Assembly (NCBI GenBank): GCA_900317675.1
Contig: ONHU01000002.1
Location: 10,697 to 74,696, forward strand
Direction: 5' to 3'
Source: an uncultured Eubacteriales bacterium
GTDB taxonomy: Bacteria > Bacillota > Clostridia > Peptostreptococcales > Anaerovoracaceae
DNA: 64,000 nucleotides
Below, in pieces: positions 1 to 11,090 of the stretch; the first letter of the stretch is position 1; each line of letters begins with the position of its first letter. Below the pieces are notes generated by a model that worked only from the letters and a program-made list of their open reading frames with translations, was not told the origin of the DNA and ran no database searches. The translations under genes and the position numbers were made by a program.

Positions 1-484
1 CGATGAAGGCGAAGACAAGATGAGTTTTGAGATAGCTGACGGAAAGGCTGTCATGAAATTCGATAATAATAAAGTAATCATCAATACATTCTCAGGAAAA
101 TTCATTGATTACGGAAGGATCCTTAACAAGCAGGGAGATATAAATGTAAGAGTAAAGAGAAATGATCTCCTCCGAAGCACAGAAAGAGCTTCGCTTCTCG
201 CATCCGTACAGAACAATAATCTTATAAGATTTGATATAGACAATGATTTGATAGTCATTAAGTCTCTTAATGAAGAAGGAAATATAGAAGAAAAAGTTGA
301 GATCATCAATGACGGAGAAGGACTTGAAATTGGTCTCAATTCTAAATATCTGAAAGATGCCCTGAGCGTGATAGAAGACGAAGAAATTCTTATTAACTTC
401 AAAGACAGCATCAGCCCGTGTGTTATAAAACCTCTTAAAGGAGAGAAATACTCATATCTCATCCTTCCGATCAGAATGAATTAA
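1..484 (+). CDS. dnaN: DNA polymerase III beta sliding clamp, C-terminal part (5' end outside window)
   Basis: Frame is open from the window edge. The tail GLEIGLNSKYLKDALSVIEDEEILINFKDSISPCVIKP...YLILPIRMN is typical of clamp domain III. A hairpin terminator follows. Confidence 0.85.
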   Translation, partial: DEGEDKMSFEIADGKAVMKFDNNKVIINTFSGKFIDYGRILNKQGDINVRVKRNDLLRSTERASLLASVQNNNLIRFDIDNDLIVIKSLNEEGNIEEKVEIINDGEGLEIGLNSKYLKDALSVIEDEEILINFKDSISPCVIKPLKGEKYSYLILPIRMN

Positions 485-511
485 AAAAATCGCCGAAAGG
501 CGATTTTTTTA
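484..511. terminator. Bidirectional intrinsic terminator between dnaN and psuG
   Basis: AAAAAAATCGCC-GAAA-GGCGATTTTTTT: a perfect 6-bp GC-rich stem flanked by an A-run and a T-run, between convergent genes. Confidence 0.7.
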
Positions 512-545
512 TGTCCTTCAATGAAGAATAAATATGAATCATCAA

Positions 546-1457
546 TTATTTGCAGAGTTCTGCAGCTGTAAGAGCTGCAACTTTCGCATTGTTGAATACC
601 AGTCTTATATTGGAATCCAGGCTGTCCCCTCCCGTAATGTCTTTTACTTTAGCAAGAAGGAAAGGAGTGGTTTCTTTTCCTTTGATTCCGAGTTTCTTAC
701 ACTCTTCGATCGCTGCATCGATTGCAGGATTGATGATTTCAGGATCCATTGAGTATTCTTCAGGAATAGGATTTCCTACGAGTATTCCGCCTCTGAGACC
801 GAGTTCAAGATGAGTATTGAAGAATTTTGCAAGCATCTTCGGATCATCTACTCTGTAATCAACTTTGAATCCGCTCTTTCTTGTATAGAAAGCAGGCATA
901 TCTTCTGTTCCGAAACCGATTACAGGTACTCCGTGGGTTTCGAGATATTCAAGTGTAAGTCCGATATCAAGTATGGATTTGCATCCTGCGCAGACTACCA
1001 TTACAGGTGTCTGGGCAAGTTCTTCAAGGTCAGCGCTTATATCCATAGTTGTTTCAGCACCTCTGTGGACACCGCCGATACCTCCGGTTGCAAAGACTTT
1101 GATTCCTGCCATATGGGCAATCATCATTGTAGTTGTTACAGTACATGCTCCGTCCTCCCCTTTTGCGCAGAGCATTGCAAGGTCTCTTCTTGAAGCTTTC
1201 GTAATTTCAGGTCCTTTTTTTCCGAAATATTCGATTTCTTCAGGAGTAAGGCCTGCCTTAAGTCTTCCGCCTATGATAGCGATCGTAGCGGGAACTGCTC
1301 CGTTATCTCTTATGATCTGCTCTACCTGAAGAGCAGTCTCAACATTCTGAGGATAAGGCATTCCGTGAGAGATAATTGTGGATTCGAGAGCTACTACCGG
1401 CTTGCCGGATTCTATTGCCTCTTTTACTTCAGGCTTGATATCAAGATATCTATTCAT
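546..1457 (-). CDS. psuG: Pseudouridine-5'-phosphate glycosidase
   Basis: 303 aa. N-terminus ...KPEVKEAIESGKPVVALESTIISHGMPYPQNVETA is the PsuG/IndA signature. AAGGAG RBS upstream. Confidence 0.9.
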   Translation of the reverse strand: MNRYLDIKPEVKEAIESGKPVVALESTIISHGMPYPQNVETALQVEQIIRDNGAVPATIAIIGGRLKAGLTPEEIEYFGKKGPEITKASRRDLAMLCAKGEDGACTVTTTMMIAHMAGIKVFATGGIGGVHRGAETTMDISADLEELAQTPVMVVCAGCKSILDIGLTLEYLETHGVPVIGFGTEDMPAFYTRKSGFKVDYRVDDPKMLAKFFNTHLELGLRGGILVGNPIPEEYSMDPEIINPAIDAAIEECKKLGIKGKETTPFLLAKVKDITGGDSLDSNIRLVFNNAKVAALTAAELCK

Positions 1458-1487
1458 AAATTAACTCCTTTTCATTTATATGATTGG

Positions 1488-2432
1488 TTATTTTAATCTT
1501 ATAACTTCTATATCTGCTGATTTTATTTTTTTAAGAGCGCTTTCTCTGCTGAGATCAGGATTATTAGTCTCATTTACTGCAAGTGTCATAGATGCGACTG
1601 CGTTAGCTGCTTTTGCAATATCAGTGAGACTGTTATTTTTATCAAGAGATGCCCAGGCTATGGCAGCCATAGCAGAATCACCGGCCCCTGTAGTAGATAC
1701 TATTTCAGAAGGATAGGATGATATTTTATAAATGCCTTCCTTACCGGCAGCTATGATACCTTCAGAACCTGCGGAAATAAATATCCTGTTTACTCCCTGA
1801 TCCAGAAAACTCTGAGCCGCTTTAACATAACCGTTGTCATCGCTGATAGTTATATCCGTGAGATATTCAGCTTCAAGCTTATTCGGTTTGATAGTATCTA
1901 TTCCTCTCAGGCATCCTTTTATTTTTGATGAGTGCGCTGTGGAAACAGTGTCTATATATACAGGAACACTGCATATATCTATGAGATGCATCAGAGATTC
2001 TCTGGATATGTTGCTGTCAGAAATGACCGCAGCTGAATGATTGATTATATCTTTAAGAGAATCGATATATTCAGGATCGATCAGATCTGTTATTTCTACA
2101 TGAGAAACAGCAAGATCCATGTTTCCGCTGTCATCATTTATATACATATACATAGATGAGCGCATATCGTCGCTGATCAGTGAATGATCAGTATCTATTC
2201 CGGCATCATGACAGTATCTGAGCATTTCTCTTCCGAGTACATCTTTACCTGCTGCAGTTATGAGTTTTGTATCTACGCCGAGAAGAGCAAGATTGTGAGC
2301 TATATTTCTTCCTACTCCGCCGTAGCTTATAGATATCCTGCCGGGATTAGAGTCACCTGCTACGAGCTTTTTATAAGGATGGCCTCCTATATCGATATTA
2401 GAAGCTCCTATTACTACTATGTAATCTTTCAT
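1488..2432 (-). CDS. psuK: PfkB-family carbohydrate kinase, probable pseudouridine kinase
   Basis: 314 aa. VVIGASNIDIGG near the N-terminus and TTGAGDS near the C-terminus (ribokinase/PfkB motifs). Lies immediately upstream of psuG. Confidence 0.75.
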   Translation of the reverse strand: MKDYIVVIGASNIDIGGHPYKKLVAGDSNPGRISISYGGVGRNIAHNLALLGVDTKLITAAGKDVLGREMLRYCHDAGIDTDHSLISDDMRSSMYMYINDDSGNMDLAVSHVEITDLIDPEYIDSLKDIINHSAAVISDSNISRESLMHLIDICSVPVYIDTVSTAHSSKIKGCLRGIDTIKPNKLEAEYLTDITISDDNGYVKAAQSFLDQGVNRIFISAGSEGIIAAGKEGIYKISSYPSEIVSTTGAGDSAMAAIAWASLDKNNSLTDIAKAANAVASMTLAVNETNNPDLSRESALKKIKSADIEVIRLK

Positions 2433-3021
2433 CTGTCTGTTTCTGACTGTTTTGTTCTTTTATCTTGCTGATCCAGCATTTATGACACATAGCAGTGTAT
2501 CTGTCATTTCCGCCGAGCATTACCTGATCGCCTTCAGTGATGATTCTTCCGTTTTCATCAAATCTTGCATTGACAGTAGCCTTGCGGCCGCATTCGCATA
2601 TCGTTTTGATTTCTGTTATGGAATCCGCAAGTTCCATGAGTCTCATTGCTCCCGGAAAAAAGTGAGTGAGGAAATCCGTTCTGAGACCAAAACACAGAAC
2701 CGGCAGGTTTTCTTCATCTACGAGAGTCCTGAGATCATCTATCTGTGAAGGTGTGAGAAACTGTGATTCATCAGAAATAATGACATCGCAGTCGCCGCAT
2801 CTGTGATATTCAGCAATGATATCTGTATCAGGATATATCACGTGAGCTTTCTGTCTGAGTCCTATGCGGCTCTGGATTATATCCGCTCCGTCTCTTGTAT
2901 CTGTACCCGGCTTAATGAGCCATACAGACATCCCCTTTTCTTCATAGTTGAACTTGGTTATAAGGGCCTGGGCAGATTTTGAAGAACCCATTGCTCCGTA
3001 TTTGAAATATAGTTTAGCCAT
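2398..3021 (-). CDS. tdk: Thymidine kinase
   Basis: MAKLYFKYGAMGSSKSAQAL P-loop plus C-terminal Cys pairs (CECG...CHKC). The ATG at 3021 is 7 nt after GGAGA. The 3' end overlaps the psuK start by 35 nt. Confidence 0.9.
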   Translation of the reverse strand: MAKLYFKYGAMGSSKSAQALITKFNYEEKGMSVWLIKPGTDTRDGADIIQSRIGLRQKAHVIYPDTDIIAEYHRCGDCDVIISDESQFLTPSQIDDLRTLVDEENLPVLCFGLRTDFLTHFFPGAMRLMELADSITEIKTICECGRKATVNARFDENGRIITEGDQVMLGGNDRYTAMCHKCWISKIKEQNSQKQTDERLHSSNRSF

Positions 3022-3285
3022 CAATATTCTCCTTATCTGTTCTGAATGTACATCAGATACAGAAAAATAATTTATAACACTTTTTTACTAATCATACAAT
3101 AATAAAATTACAGTGTCACGCAGACCGGACCGGTATATAAAACTTCTCAAATCCAGGATAATAAATTATCATAAATATTTTTGAAAGATTCTGTATTCTA
3201 TTTTTTGTACATATAGATTATAATTATGGACGTATGGAAATGTATGATTTCCTGTTGTTTGTTAATTGACCTTGAGGAGGGAATT

Positions 3286-4419
3286 ATGAAAAAATTTCTT
3301 GTAATGCTCCTCGCTGCTGTAATGGTATTTTCATTTGCAGCCTGCGGGGGAGGATCATCATCAGAAGAAGCTGCTGCTGATGATACCATGAAGGTAGCAA
3401 TGGTTACTGACTATGGTGACATCACAGACCAGTCCTTCAACCAGACAACATACGAAGCATGCAAGGCATTCTGTGAATCCAACGATGTAGAATTCACATA
3501 TAAGAAGCCTGCTTCCGATGCTGACGCAGACCGTGTTTCTTCAATCGAAGAAGCTATCGAAGAGGGTTACAATGTAATCGTAATGCCTGGATATGCATTC
3601 GCTAATGCTATCTATGAAGTAGCTCCTCTTTATGAAAATGTTAAGTTCGTTGCTCTTGACGTAAGTGAAGGAGACCTCACTGCATATGGCGAGAGAGAAT
3701 TCGACGGACCTAACGTATACAGCGCAGTATACCAGGAAGAGATCGCTGGTTACATGGCTGGATATGCTGCAGTTAAGCTCGGATACACCAAGCTCGGATT
3801 CCTCGGCGGAATGGCAGTTCCTGCAGTACAGAGATACGGCCACGGATTCGTTCAGGGCGCTGACGCTGCTGCTTCAGAACTCGGCAAATCAGACGTAGAA
3901 ATCAAGTACGTATATGGCGGACAGTTCTTCGGAGATGCTGATATCACAGCTGCTATGGACACATGGTATGGCGCAGGCACAGAGTGCGTATTCGCTTGCG
4001 GCGGCGGAATCTATTCATCAGCTGCTGAAGCTGCTGCTAAGACAGGCGGCAAGGTTATCGGCGTAGACGTTGACCAGGCCGGCATCATTGACGGAGCATA
4101 TGGCGAAGGCATGACAGTTACATCTGCTATGAAGGGCCTTGGCGCTACAGTCAATACTCTTCTCGGAGCTATCAAGGATGGCAAGTGGGATGAATATGCA
4201 GGCCAGATCCAGAACCTCGGACTTGTTTCAGAGACTCCATCTGAAAACTATGTACAGCTTCCGGATTCAACACAGTGGGCTGACGGATTCCAGCAGGCTG
4301 ATTATGAGACTCTTGTAAAGGAACTCTTCGACGGAACAAGAACAGTTTCCGCAGATATCGATGCTATCCCTGCAACAACAGCTGTAAAGGTTGATGATCA
4401 GGGCGCTATCAAGGGTTAG
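3286..4419 (+). CDS. BMP-family (PnrA/Med-like) ABC substrate-binding lipoprotein, probable nucleoside binding
   Basis: Lipoprotein signal MKKFLVMLLAAVMVFSFAACGG after a GAGGAGGG RBS. The ORF-track start at 3226 was rejected. Followed by ATPase and two permease genes. Confidence 0.85.
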   Translation: MKKFLVMLLAAVMVFSFAACGGGSSSEEAAADDTMKVAMVTDYGDITDQSFNQTTYEACKAFCESNDVEFTYKKPASDADADRVSSIEEAIEEGYNVIVMPGYAFANAIYEVAPLYENVKFVALDVSEGDLTAYGEREFDGPNVYSAVYQEEIAGYMAGYAAVKLGYTKLGFLGGMAVPAVQRYGHGFVQGADAAASELGKSDVEIKYVYGGQFFGDADITAAMDTWYGAGTECVFACGGGIYSSAAEAAAKTGGKVIGVDVDQAGIIDGAYGEGMTVTSAMKGLGATVNTLLGAIKDGKWDEYAGQIQNLGLVSETPSENYVQLPDSTQWADGFQQADYETLVKELFDGTRTVSADIDAIPATTAVKVDDQGAIKG

Positions 4420-4451
4420 TGATCTACTGTTAACTTACAACTGATAATTTT

Positions 4452-4494
4452 AAAAAAAAGACGGTTTCAGTTCATTGCTGAAGCCGTCTTTTTA
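4452..4494 (+). terminator. Hairpin plus T-run after the binding-protein gene (partial terminator/attenuator)
   Basis: AAGACGGTTTCAG-ttcattg-CTGAAGCCGTCTT followed by TTTT. Confidence 0.6.
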
Positions 4495-4572
4495 TTGAGA
4501 GAATACGTGTTTTCTGTTATATTTAAAAGGTAAATTATTGGTTATTTTATAGAGACGGAGGAACAGGATTTT

Positions 4573-6144
4573 ATGGATGCACCTTATGCCATAGAAATGG
4601 TGAATATCACCAAGAGATTCCCCGGCATCATAGCTAATGACAACATCACCTTGCAGCTGCGCAAAGGAGAGATCCACGCCTTGCTTGGTGAAAACGGTGC
4701 CGGAAAATCCACCCTCATGTCCGTTCTGTTCGGTCTGTATCAGGCTGAAGAAGGCGTAATCAAAAAGGACGGGAAAGAGGTAAAGATCAATAATCCTAAT
4801 GATGCCAACGATCTTGGTATAGGAATGGTACATCAGCACTTCAAGCTGGTCCAGTGCTTTACTGTACTGGAGAATATCATCCTCGGCGTTGAGTCGACTA
4901 AGGGCGGCGTGCTTCAGATGGATGAAGCGAGAGCCAAGGTCAAGGCACTTTCCGAAAAGTATGGTCTTCAGGTAGATCCGGACGCCAAGATCGAAGACAT
5001 TACAGTTGGAATGCAGCAGAGGACTGAGATCCTCAAGATGCTCTTCAGGGACAATGAAATCCTCATTTTCGACGAGCCTACTGCCGTACTTACACCGCAG
5101 GAGATCGAAGAACTGATGGTGATCATGAATAACCTCAGAGAAGAAGGCAAATCAATTCTTTTTATCACTCATAAGCTTAACGAAATAAAGGCAGTAGCTG
5201 ACAGAGTTACAGTTCTCCGCCGCGGCAAGTACATCGGTACAGTTGATGTTGCAACTACATCAAAAGAAGAGATGAGCCGCATGATGGTAGGCCGTGATGT
5301 CAACATGGTCGTTGACAAAGAACCGGCAAAACCGGGAGATGTCATTCTCAAGGTAGAGAACATGACAGTTGCTTCCAAGATGCACTCAAACAACGCCGTC
5401 AAACATGTTAACCTCGAGGTACATGAAGGAGAAATCGTCTGTATCGCAGGTATCGACGGCAACGGCCAGACCGAATTCGTATATGGTCTTACAGGAATGG
5501 AGCCTCTGGTTGAAGGAAAGATCACTCTCTGCGGTGAAGATATCACCAAGAGTTCTATCAGACAGGACAGACACAAACACGGACTTGTCCTTGACTACCC
5601 TCTGGAATACAACATGATCCTGCAGAGATATTATCAGCCTGATTTTACTTCCGGAGCAGGATTCCTCAAGAGAAAAGAGATTCGTGAATACTCCGAGAGA
5701 CTTGAGAAAGAATACGACGTAAGATCCGGTCAGGGTCCTATCACTATCGCAAGAGCTATGTCCGGAGGTAACCAGCAGAAAGCGATCATAGCCAGAGAAA
5801 TCGACAAGGATCACAAACTGCTTGTTGCTGTACAGCCTACAAGAGGTCTGGATGTAGGAGCTATCGAAGGAGTCCACAGACAGCTGATTGAGGAGAGAGA
5901 CAACGGACGTGCCGTTCTGCTGATCTCACTTGAACTCGAAGAGGTCATGAACGTTCCTGACAGGATCCTCGTAATGTACGAAGGCGAGATCGTCGGAGAA
6001 CTCGACCCTAAGAAGACGACAGTCGAAGAGCTCGGTCTCTACATGGCAGGAGCTAAGAGAAATGTTACCGTCGATGCTAATTCAAGCGAGATAGAAGAAT
6101 CTGAAGTCATTGATACTGCGGCAGCCAGAAAGGAGGAAGCATAA
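4573..6144 (+). CDS. ABC transporter ATP-binding protein with duplicated ATPase domains
   Basis: 523 aa. Walker A GENGAGKST, signature LSGGNQQK in the second half, Walker B ILIFDEPT. Confidence 0.9.
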   Translation: MDAPYAIEMVNITKRFPGIIANDNITLQLRKGEIHALLGENGAGKSTLMSVLFGLYQAEEGVIKKDGKEVKINNPNDANDLGIGMVHQHFKLVQCFTVLENIILGVESTKGGVLQMDEARAKVKALSEKYGLQVDPDAKIEDITVGMQQRTEILKMLFRDNEILIFDEPTAVLTPQEIEELMVIMNNLREEGKSILFITHKLNEIKAVADRVTVLRRGKYIGTVDVATTSKEEMSRMMVGRDVNMVVDKEPAKPGDVILKVENMTVASKMHSNNAVKHVNLEVHEGEIVCIAGIDGNGQTEFVYGLTGMEPLVEGKITLCGEDITKSSIRQDRHKHGLVLDYPLEYNMILQRYYQPDFTSGAGFLKRKEIREYSERLEKEYDVRSGQGPITIARAMSGGNQQKAIIAREIDKDHKLLVAVQPTRGLDVGAIEGVHRQLIEERDNGRAVLLISLELEEVMNVPDRILVMYEGEIVGELDPKKTTVEELGLYMAGAKRNVTVDANSSEIEESEVIDTAAARKEEA

Positions 6145-7307
6145 TGAAAGATAAGAAATTTTCATTAAAGAATCCGTCCTTACAGTCGATATTGACATCT
6201 CTGATCTGTATCATCCTTGGTTTGCTGATCGGTTATATCGTACTTCTCATGATCAATCCTGCAGGAGCCGGAGAGGCGATCAAGACGATCCTGCTTAACT
6301 TCCTGTCAAGATCAAGCGCGGCTGCTCAGATGAAAGCACTCGGTAATACGCTTGCCAAAACAGCGCCGCTGCTGATGTGCGCTCTTTCGATCTGTTTCTG
6401 CTATAAGGTCGGACTCTTTAATATCGGAGCTCCGGGACAGTATGAAGCAGGCGCGTGCATCGGTCTTTACGCTGCTCTGGCATGGCATATGAACTGGGTA
6501 CTCTGCCTGATATTCGCTGCGCTTGCAGGCGCTGTAGTAGGAGCGATCTCAGGTGCGCTCAAGGCTTACAGAAATGTTAACGAAGTTATTTCCGGCATCA
6601 TGCTTAACTGGATCATGCTCTACCTGACCAATATGGTACTGTCGAGCAAGAAGGTCAAGGATCCTGCAAGTCCTTATACCATCAAGCTTATGTCCGGAAA
6701 CAAGAGCGCGCTGATCCCTTCAGCGGGACTCAACAAGCTCTTTGCAAACAATACAACTGTTACGATAGCTATCCCTCTCGCGATCCTCTTTGCGATCCTG
6801 ATCTGGGTCATCCTGTCGAAGACAAAATTCGGCTACGAGCTGCGTGCTACCGGTTTCAATAAGGAAGCAGCAAGATATGCCGGAATGAAAGAAAAACAGA
6901 ATATCATCATCACACTGGCAATCGGCGGCGCCCTTGCAGGTGTCGGTGCTGCTTTCCTCTTCCTTACAGGGTATCAGGAATGGTCAACGACTCAGACTTC
7001 CGTCCCGGGCATGGGATTCAACGGTATCGCGGCTACATTCCTCGGAGGACTGCATCCGATCGGGACGATTTTCGCATCGTTCTTCATCCAGTCCATTACA
7101 GACGGCGGCGCGCTTATCAACAAGTCAGTATATCCTTCGCAGATCTCAGACCTGATCTCTTCGATCATCATCTACCTCTGCGCATTTGTACTGTTCTTCA
7201 AGTACGCGCTCAATAAGTGGATAAGCAAGAGAGATAAGGGCGGCCCTAATGTAAACGACGTCCCTGTCACAGACAATGCTGCAAAAAAAGAAGGAGGTGA
7301 CAAGTAA
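6144..7307 (+). CDS. ABC transporter permease
   Basis: 387 aa, multi-pass hydrophobic. Start overlaps the ATPase stop (ATAATG). Confidence 0.85.
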   Translation: MKDKKFSLKNPSLQSILTSLICIILGLLIGYIVLLMINPAGAGEAIKTILLNFLSRSSAAAQMKALGNTLAKTAPLLMCALSICFCYKVGLFNIGAPGQYEAGACIGLYAALAWHMNWVLCLIFAALAGAVVGAISGALKAYRNVNEVISGIMLNWIMLYLTNMVLSSKKVKDPASPYTIKLMSGNKSALIPSAGLNKLFANNTTVTIAIPLAILFAILIWVILSKTKFGYELRATGFNKEAARYAGMKEKQNIIITLAIGGALAGVGAAFLFLTGYQEWSTTQTSVPGMGFNGIAATFLGGLHPIGTIFASFFIQSITDGGALINKSVYPSQISDLISSIIIYLCAFVLFFKYALNKWISKRDKGGPNVNDVPVTDNAAKKEGGDK

Positions 7308-8248
7308 TGGTACTGTTACTGCAATACACTATCATATTCGCCTCTGTACTTTGCCTCGTGGCTCTCGGAGGATGCTTCTCGGAGCACTCAGGAGTTATCA
7401 ACCTGGGACTTGAAGGTATAATGGTAATGGGAGCGCTCGGCGGAGCTGTAACGATGTTCCTCCTCCCTGCCGGCACATCCAAGATCGTCATTGTACTTGC
7501 TACAACACTGTTCGCTATACTGATCGGAATGATCTATTCCTGCCTGCTGGGTCTCGCCTGCATCAACTTCAAGGCTGATCAGACACTCGTAGGTACAGCT
7601 ATGAACCTGCTCGCAACAGCAGCAGCAACAGTATTCGTAAGAGCTATGAATACATCGATCAACCCTGACAATGTATCCAGCTCGATCCAGTACATCCAGC
7701 CTAAAAAGGCATTCCTGAAATACATCGGCGGATTTGAGTTCAACTGGTTCATGGTCATGGCAGTCGTTCTGCTGATCGCATCGTGGTTTGTCCTCTATAA
7801 GACAAAATTCGGACTCAGGCTCATGGCCTGCGGCGAAAATCCACAGGCAGCTGACTCTGTAGGTATCAACGTATATAAAATGCGCTGGGCAGGTGTACTG
7901 ATCTCCGGCTTCCTCGGCGGACTCGGAGGAATCGTATACATCACAGCAGGCGTATCAGAGTGGAAATTCGAAATGGGCGTTGCCGGCTTCGGCTTCCTGG
8001 CACTTGCTGTAATGATCTTCGGTCAGTGGAAACCAACCAGGATCGCGCTTGCTGCCCTGCTCTTCGGACTCTTCCGTGCTCTGTCCAACGTTTACACAGG
8101 TATTCCGATCCTGGCCGCAATGAAGCTGCCAAGCACGGTATACAATATGCTGCCGTACATTATTTCACTTGTCGTACTCGCATTCACATCCAAGAATTCG
8201 AGAGCGCCTAAGGCAGAAGGTATTCCTTACGACAAGGGAATGCGTTAA
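7307..8248 (+). CDS. ABC transporter permease
   Basis: 313 aa, multi-pass hydrophobic. Start overlaps the previous stop. Confidence 0.85.
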   Translation: MVLLLQYTIIFASVLCLVALGGCFSEHSGVINLGLEGIMVMGALGGAVTMFLLPAGTSKIVIVLATTLFAILIGMIYSCLLGLACINFKADQTLVGTAMNLLATAAATVFVRAMNTSINPDNVSSSIQYIQPKKAFLKYIGGFEFNWFMVMAVVLLIASWFVLYKTKFGLRLMACGENPQAADSVGINVYKMRWAGVLISGFLGGLGGIVYITAGVSEWKFEMGVAGFGFLALAVMIFGQWKPTRIALAALLFGLFRALSNVYTGIPILAAMKLPSTVYNMLPYIISLVVLAFTSKNSRAPKAEGIPYDKGMR

Positions 8249-8336
8249 AAAACCTGTCGCTTTATTGCGATTTGTATAATGCTGTTCTGAAAGCCCGGGC
8301 TCACGTCCGGGCTTCCGATAAAAAAGGAGAAACATC

Positions 8337-8987
8337 ATGGATGTAAAAAAAATACTGGGTCACTGTGACCACACCCTTCTGAAGCAGACTGCTACATGGG
8401 ATGACATCAGACAGATCATCGATGACGGCATCAAATATCAGACGGCAAGTGTCTGCATCCCTCCTTCATATGTAAGGCAGGCTGCTGAATACGCAAAAGG
8501 CAGAGTCAAAATCTGTACCGTCATAGGATTCCCGAACGGATATAACACCACAGCAGTAAAAGCATTCGAGACCGGAGATGCTATAGACGGCGGTGCTGAC
8601 GAGATCGATATGGTCATCAACATCGGCTGGGTCAAAGATAAGAAGTGGGATGATATCGAGCATGAGATCAGTACTCTCAAAGAGATCTGTGGAGATCATA
8701 TTCTTAAAGTCATCGTTGAGACCTGCATGCTCACAGATGAAGAAAAGGCTAAAATGTGCGAATTGGTTACATTTGCCGGAGCTGATTATATCAAAACTTC
8801 AACCGGATTCGGCGGCGGCGGAGCTACTTTCGAGGATATTAAGCTGTTCTCTGAAAATATCGGCGAGGGAGTCAGGATGAAGGCATCGGGAGGCATCGCA
8901 AGCCTTGAGGATGCGGAGAAATTCATGGAACTCGGAGCTGACAGACTCGGTACCAGCCGTATTGTCAAGATCGTAAAAGAACAGTAG
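8337..8987 (+). CDS. deoC: Deoxyribose-phosphate aldolase
   Basis: 216 aa. DHTLLK..., [11 protein letters not shown], and DYIKTSTGF containing the Schiff-base Lys. Confidence 0.9.
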   Translation: MDVKKILGHCDHTLLKQTATWDDIRQIIDDGIKYQTASVCIPPSYVRQAAEYAKGRVKICTVIGFPNGYNTTAVKAFETGDAIDGGADEIDMVINIGWVKDKKWDDIEHEISTLKEICGDHILKVIVETCMLTDEEKAKMCELVTFAGADYIKTSTGFGGGGATFEDIKLFSENIGEGVRMKASGGIASLEDAEKFMELGADRLGTSRIVKIVKEQ

Positions 8988-9128
8988 AGACTCGATGTAA
9001 AAACGGTTTTACGCTTACAGGTAATGTTTATCGTTAATTTATCAAATATCCTATAAAGGATAATTAATTGGGCGATAAAACAATATGATTATAAATATCG
9101 AAATAATATTACAGAAAGGAAGCGCAAA

Positions 9129-9923
9129 ATGATTGATTATACAGAAGGCGCAGGCCATCAGTATCATGTCGGAGTCCGTCCGGGAGATGTCGGCAGATAT
9201 GTGATCCTTCCGGGAGATCCCAAGAGAGTACCTAAGATCGCAGCGTATTTTGACAATGCTGAGCAGGTCGCTGACAGCCGTGAGTATCTGACTTATACAG
9301 GCACGCTTGACGGTGTCAGAGTCAGCTGCACCAGCACAGGCATCGGCGGTCCGTCTGCATCGATAGCGCTTGAAGAACTCGCAAATGTCGGCGCTGATAC
9401 TTTTATCAGAGTAGGCACCTGCGGAGGCATGGACATTAACGTCAAAGGCGGAGATGTTGTAGTCGCGACCGGAGCAGTCCGTATGGAAGGCACATCCAAG
9501 GAATACGCTCCGATAGAATATCCTGCAGTTGCGGATCTTGAAGTTACGATCGCTCTGACTGAAGCGGCAAAGAAAATCGGAGCCGAATATCACGCGGGAG
9601 TTGTCCAGTGCAAGGATGCGTTCTATGGTCAGCATATGCCGGAAGCACTGCCTAACAGCCACGAGCTCCTTAATAAGTGGGAAGCATGGCTGCGCATGGG
9701 ATGCAAGGCATCAGAAATGGAATCAGCAGCCCTCTTTATTGCCGGAGGATACCGCAGAGTCAGAGTAGGATCATGTTTCCTTGTAGTTGCCAATCAGGAA
9801 AGAGAGAAAGCCGGACTGCCTAATCCGCAGGAACATGACACGGATCTCGCTATCCGTGTAGCAGTTGAGGCGATCAGACTGATGATAGCCGAAGATAAAG
9901 CCAGGGAGGAAAGACAGAAATGA
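9129..9923 (+). CDS. udp: Uridine phosphorylase (PNP/UDP-1 family)
   Basis: 264 aa. ILPGDPKRV...[17 protein letters not shown]...EYPAVAD...EMESAALF align closely with my recollection of E. coli Udp. Confidence 0.8.
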   Translation: MIDYTEGAGHQYHVGVRPGDVGRYVILPGDPKRVPKIAAYFDNAEQVADSREYLTYTGTLDGVRVSCTSTGIGGPSASIALEELANVGADTFIRVGTCGGMDINVKGGDVVVATGAVRMEGTSKEYAPIEYPAVADLEVTIALTEAAKKIGAEYHAGVVQCKDAFYGQHMPEALPNSHELLNKWEAWLRMGCKASEMESAALFIAGGYRRVRVGSCFLVVANQEREKAGLPNPQEHDTDLAIRVAVEAIRLMIAEDKAREERQK

Positions 9924-11086
9924 GCAAAAGAGTATTCTGGATAGTTCTCGACAGTGTCGGGTGCGGTGAAGCTCCGGACGCTGCTGCTTTTGGCGATGCG
10001 GGATGCGATACCCTCGGAACATGTGTCCGCAGCGGACTTTTAGATGCGCCTAATCTCACAAAACTCGGACTTTTTAATATCGAAGGAACCTCATTCAGAG
10101 ATCCTAAGGAAGATGTCACAGGCTGCTACTGCAGAATGCAGGAACAGTCTTTCGGCAAGGACACTACAGTGGGACACTGGGAAATGGCCGGAATGACCTC
10201 CCTTACCCCGCTCCCTACCTATCCTGACGGTTTTCCTCAGGAGATCCTGGATAAGATCAAAGAAGCAACCGGAAGAGATATTCTCTGCAACAAACCGTAT
10301 TCAGGGACTGAGGTCATCAAGGATTACGGCAGAGAGCACGTCGAAACCGGCGCTCTGATCGTGTATACCAGCGCTGACTCTGTTCTTCAGATCGCAGCTC
10401 ACGAGGACATCGTTCCGATCGAAGAACTGTACGACATCTGCCATAAGGCAAGAGAGATCATGCAGGGCGAGCATGGAGTCGGACGAATCATAGCCCGTCC
10501 GTTTGAAGGCGAGTGGCCGTATAAGAGAACTGTAAGACGTCATGACTACAGTCTGCAGCCGGCCAGAGAGACCGTTCTTGATGCTCTTAAGGATGCCGGT
10601 TATGTCAATATCGGTGTCGGCAAGATCAAGGACATCTTCGCCGGCAAGAGTGTAATGGTAAGCTATCCTAACAAGGGAAACGATGCCAATATGGAAAGGA
10701 CGATCGATGTCGCCAAAAGTGATTTCGAAGGACTTTGCTATGTCAATCTGGTAGATACCGATATGATATACGGTCACAGAAGAGACGTTCCTGCATATAC
10801 TAAGGCAATCAATGATTTTGATGTGCAGCTTGGGACCCTTATGAAGGAACTCAGAGCTGACGATATGATAATGATCACAGCGGACCATGGCTGCGATCCG
10901 GGCTTTACCGGTACAGATCATACACGCGAGTATGTACCTTGCCTGATTTATGGTAAAAACCTTCGCAAGGGTGTAGATCTCGGAACAAGAAATACCTTCG
11001 CGGATCAGGCTGCGACGATCGGCGAATATTTCGGACTTTCATACCGCGGCGACGGAGAATCCTTCCTTGCGGATATAAAGGAGTAA
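9920..11086 (+). CDS. deoB: Phosphopentomutase
   Basis: 388 aa. [33 protein letters not shown] motifs. 4-nt overlap with udp. Confidence 0.9.
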   Translation: MSKRVFWIVLDSVGCGEAPDAAAFGDAGCDTLGTCVRSGLLDAPNLTKLGLFNIEGTSFRDPKEDVTGCYCRMQEQSFGKDTTVGHWEMAGMTSLTPLPTYPDGFPQEILDKIKEATGRDILCNKPYSGTEVIKDYGREHVETGALIVYTSADSVLQIAAHEDIVPIEELYDICHKAREIMQGEHGVGRIIARPFEGEWPYKRTVRRHDYSLQPARETVLDALKDAGYVNIGVGKIKDIFAGKSVMVSYPNKGNDANMERTIDVAKSDFEGLCYVNLVDTDMIYGHRRDVPAYTKAINDFDVQLGTLMKELRADDMIMITADHGCDPGFTGTDHTREYVPCLIYGKNLRKGVDLGTRNTFADQAATIGEYFGLSYRGDGESFLADIKE

Positions 11087-11090
11087 TTTG

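Noticed and set aside
1-3300. Possibility that oriC or DnaA-box clusters lie in the window, because dnaN is present.
   Set aside because: No TTATCCACA/TGTGGATAA clusters were seen in the intergenic regions read by eye (485-545, 3022-3285, 15231-15585). oriC is probably upstream of the window. This was an eye scan only, so it is not exhaustive.
5530-5600. Possible small in-frame deletion in the ABC ATPase linker (ITKSSIRQ-DRHKHGLVLDY, where relatives, as I recall, have ...GxxHIPEDRHK...).
   Set aside because: This rests on a remembered consensus only. The region is a variable linker and both ATPase domains look intact, so it cannot be substantiated without an alignment.
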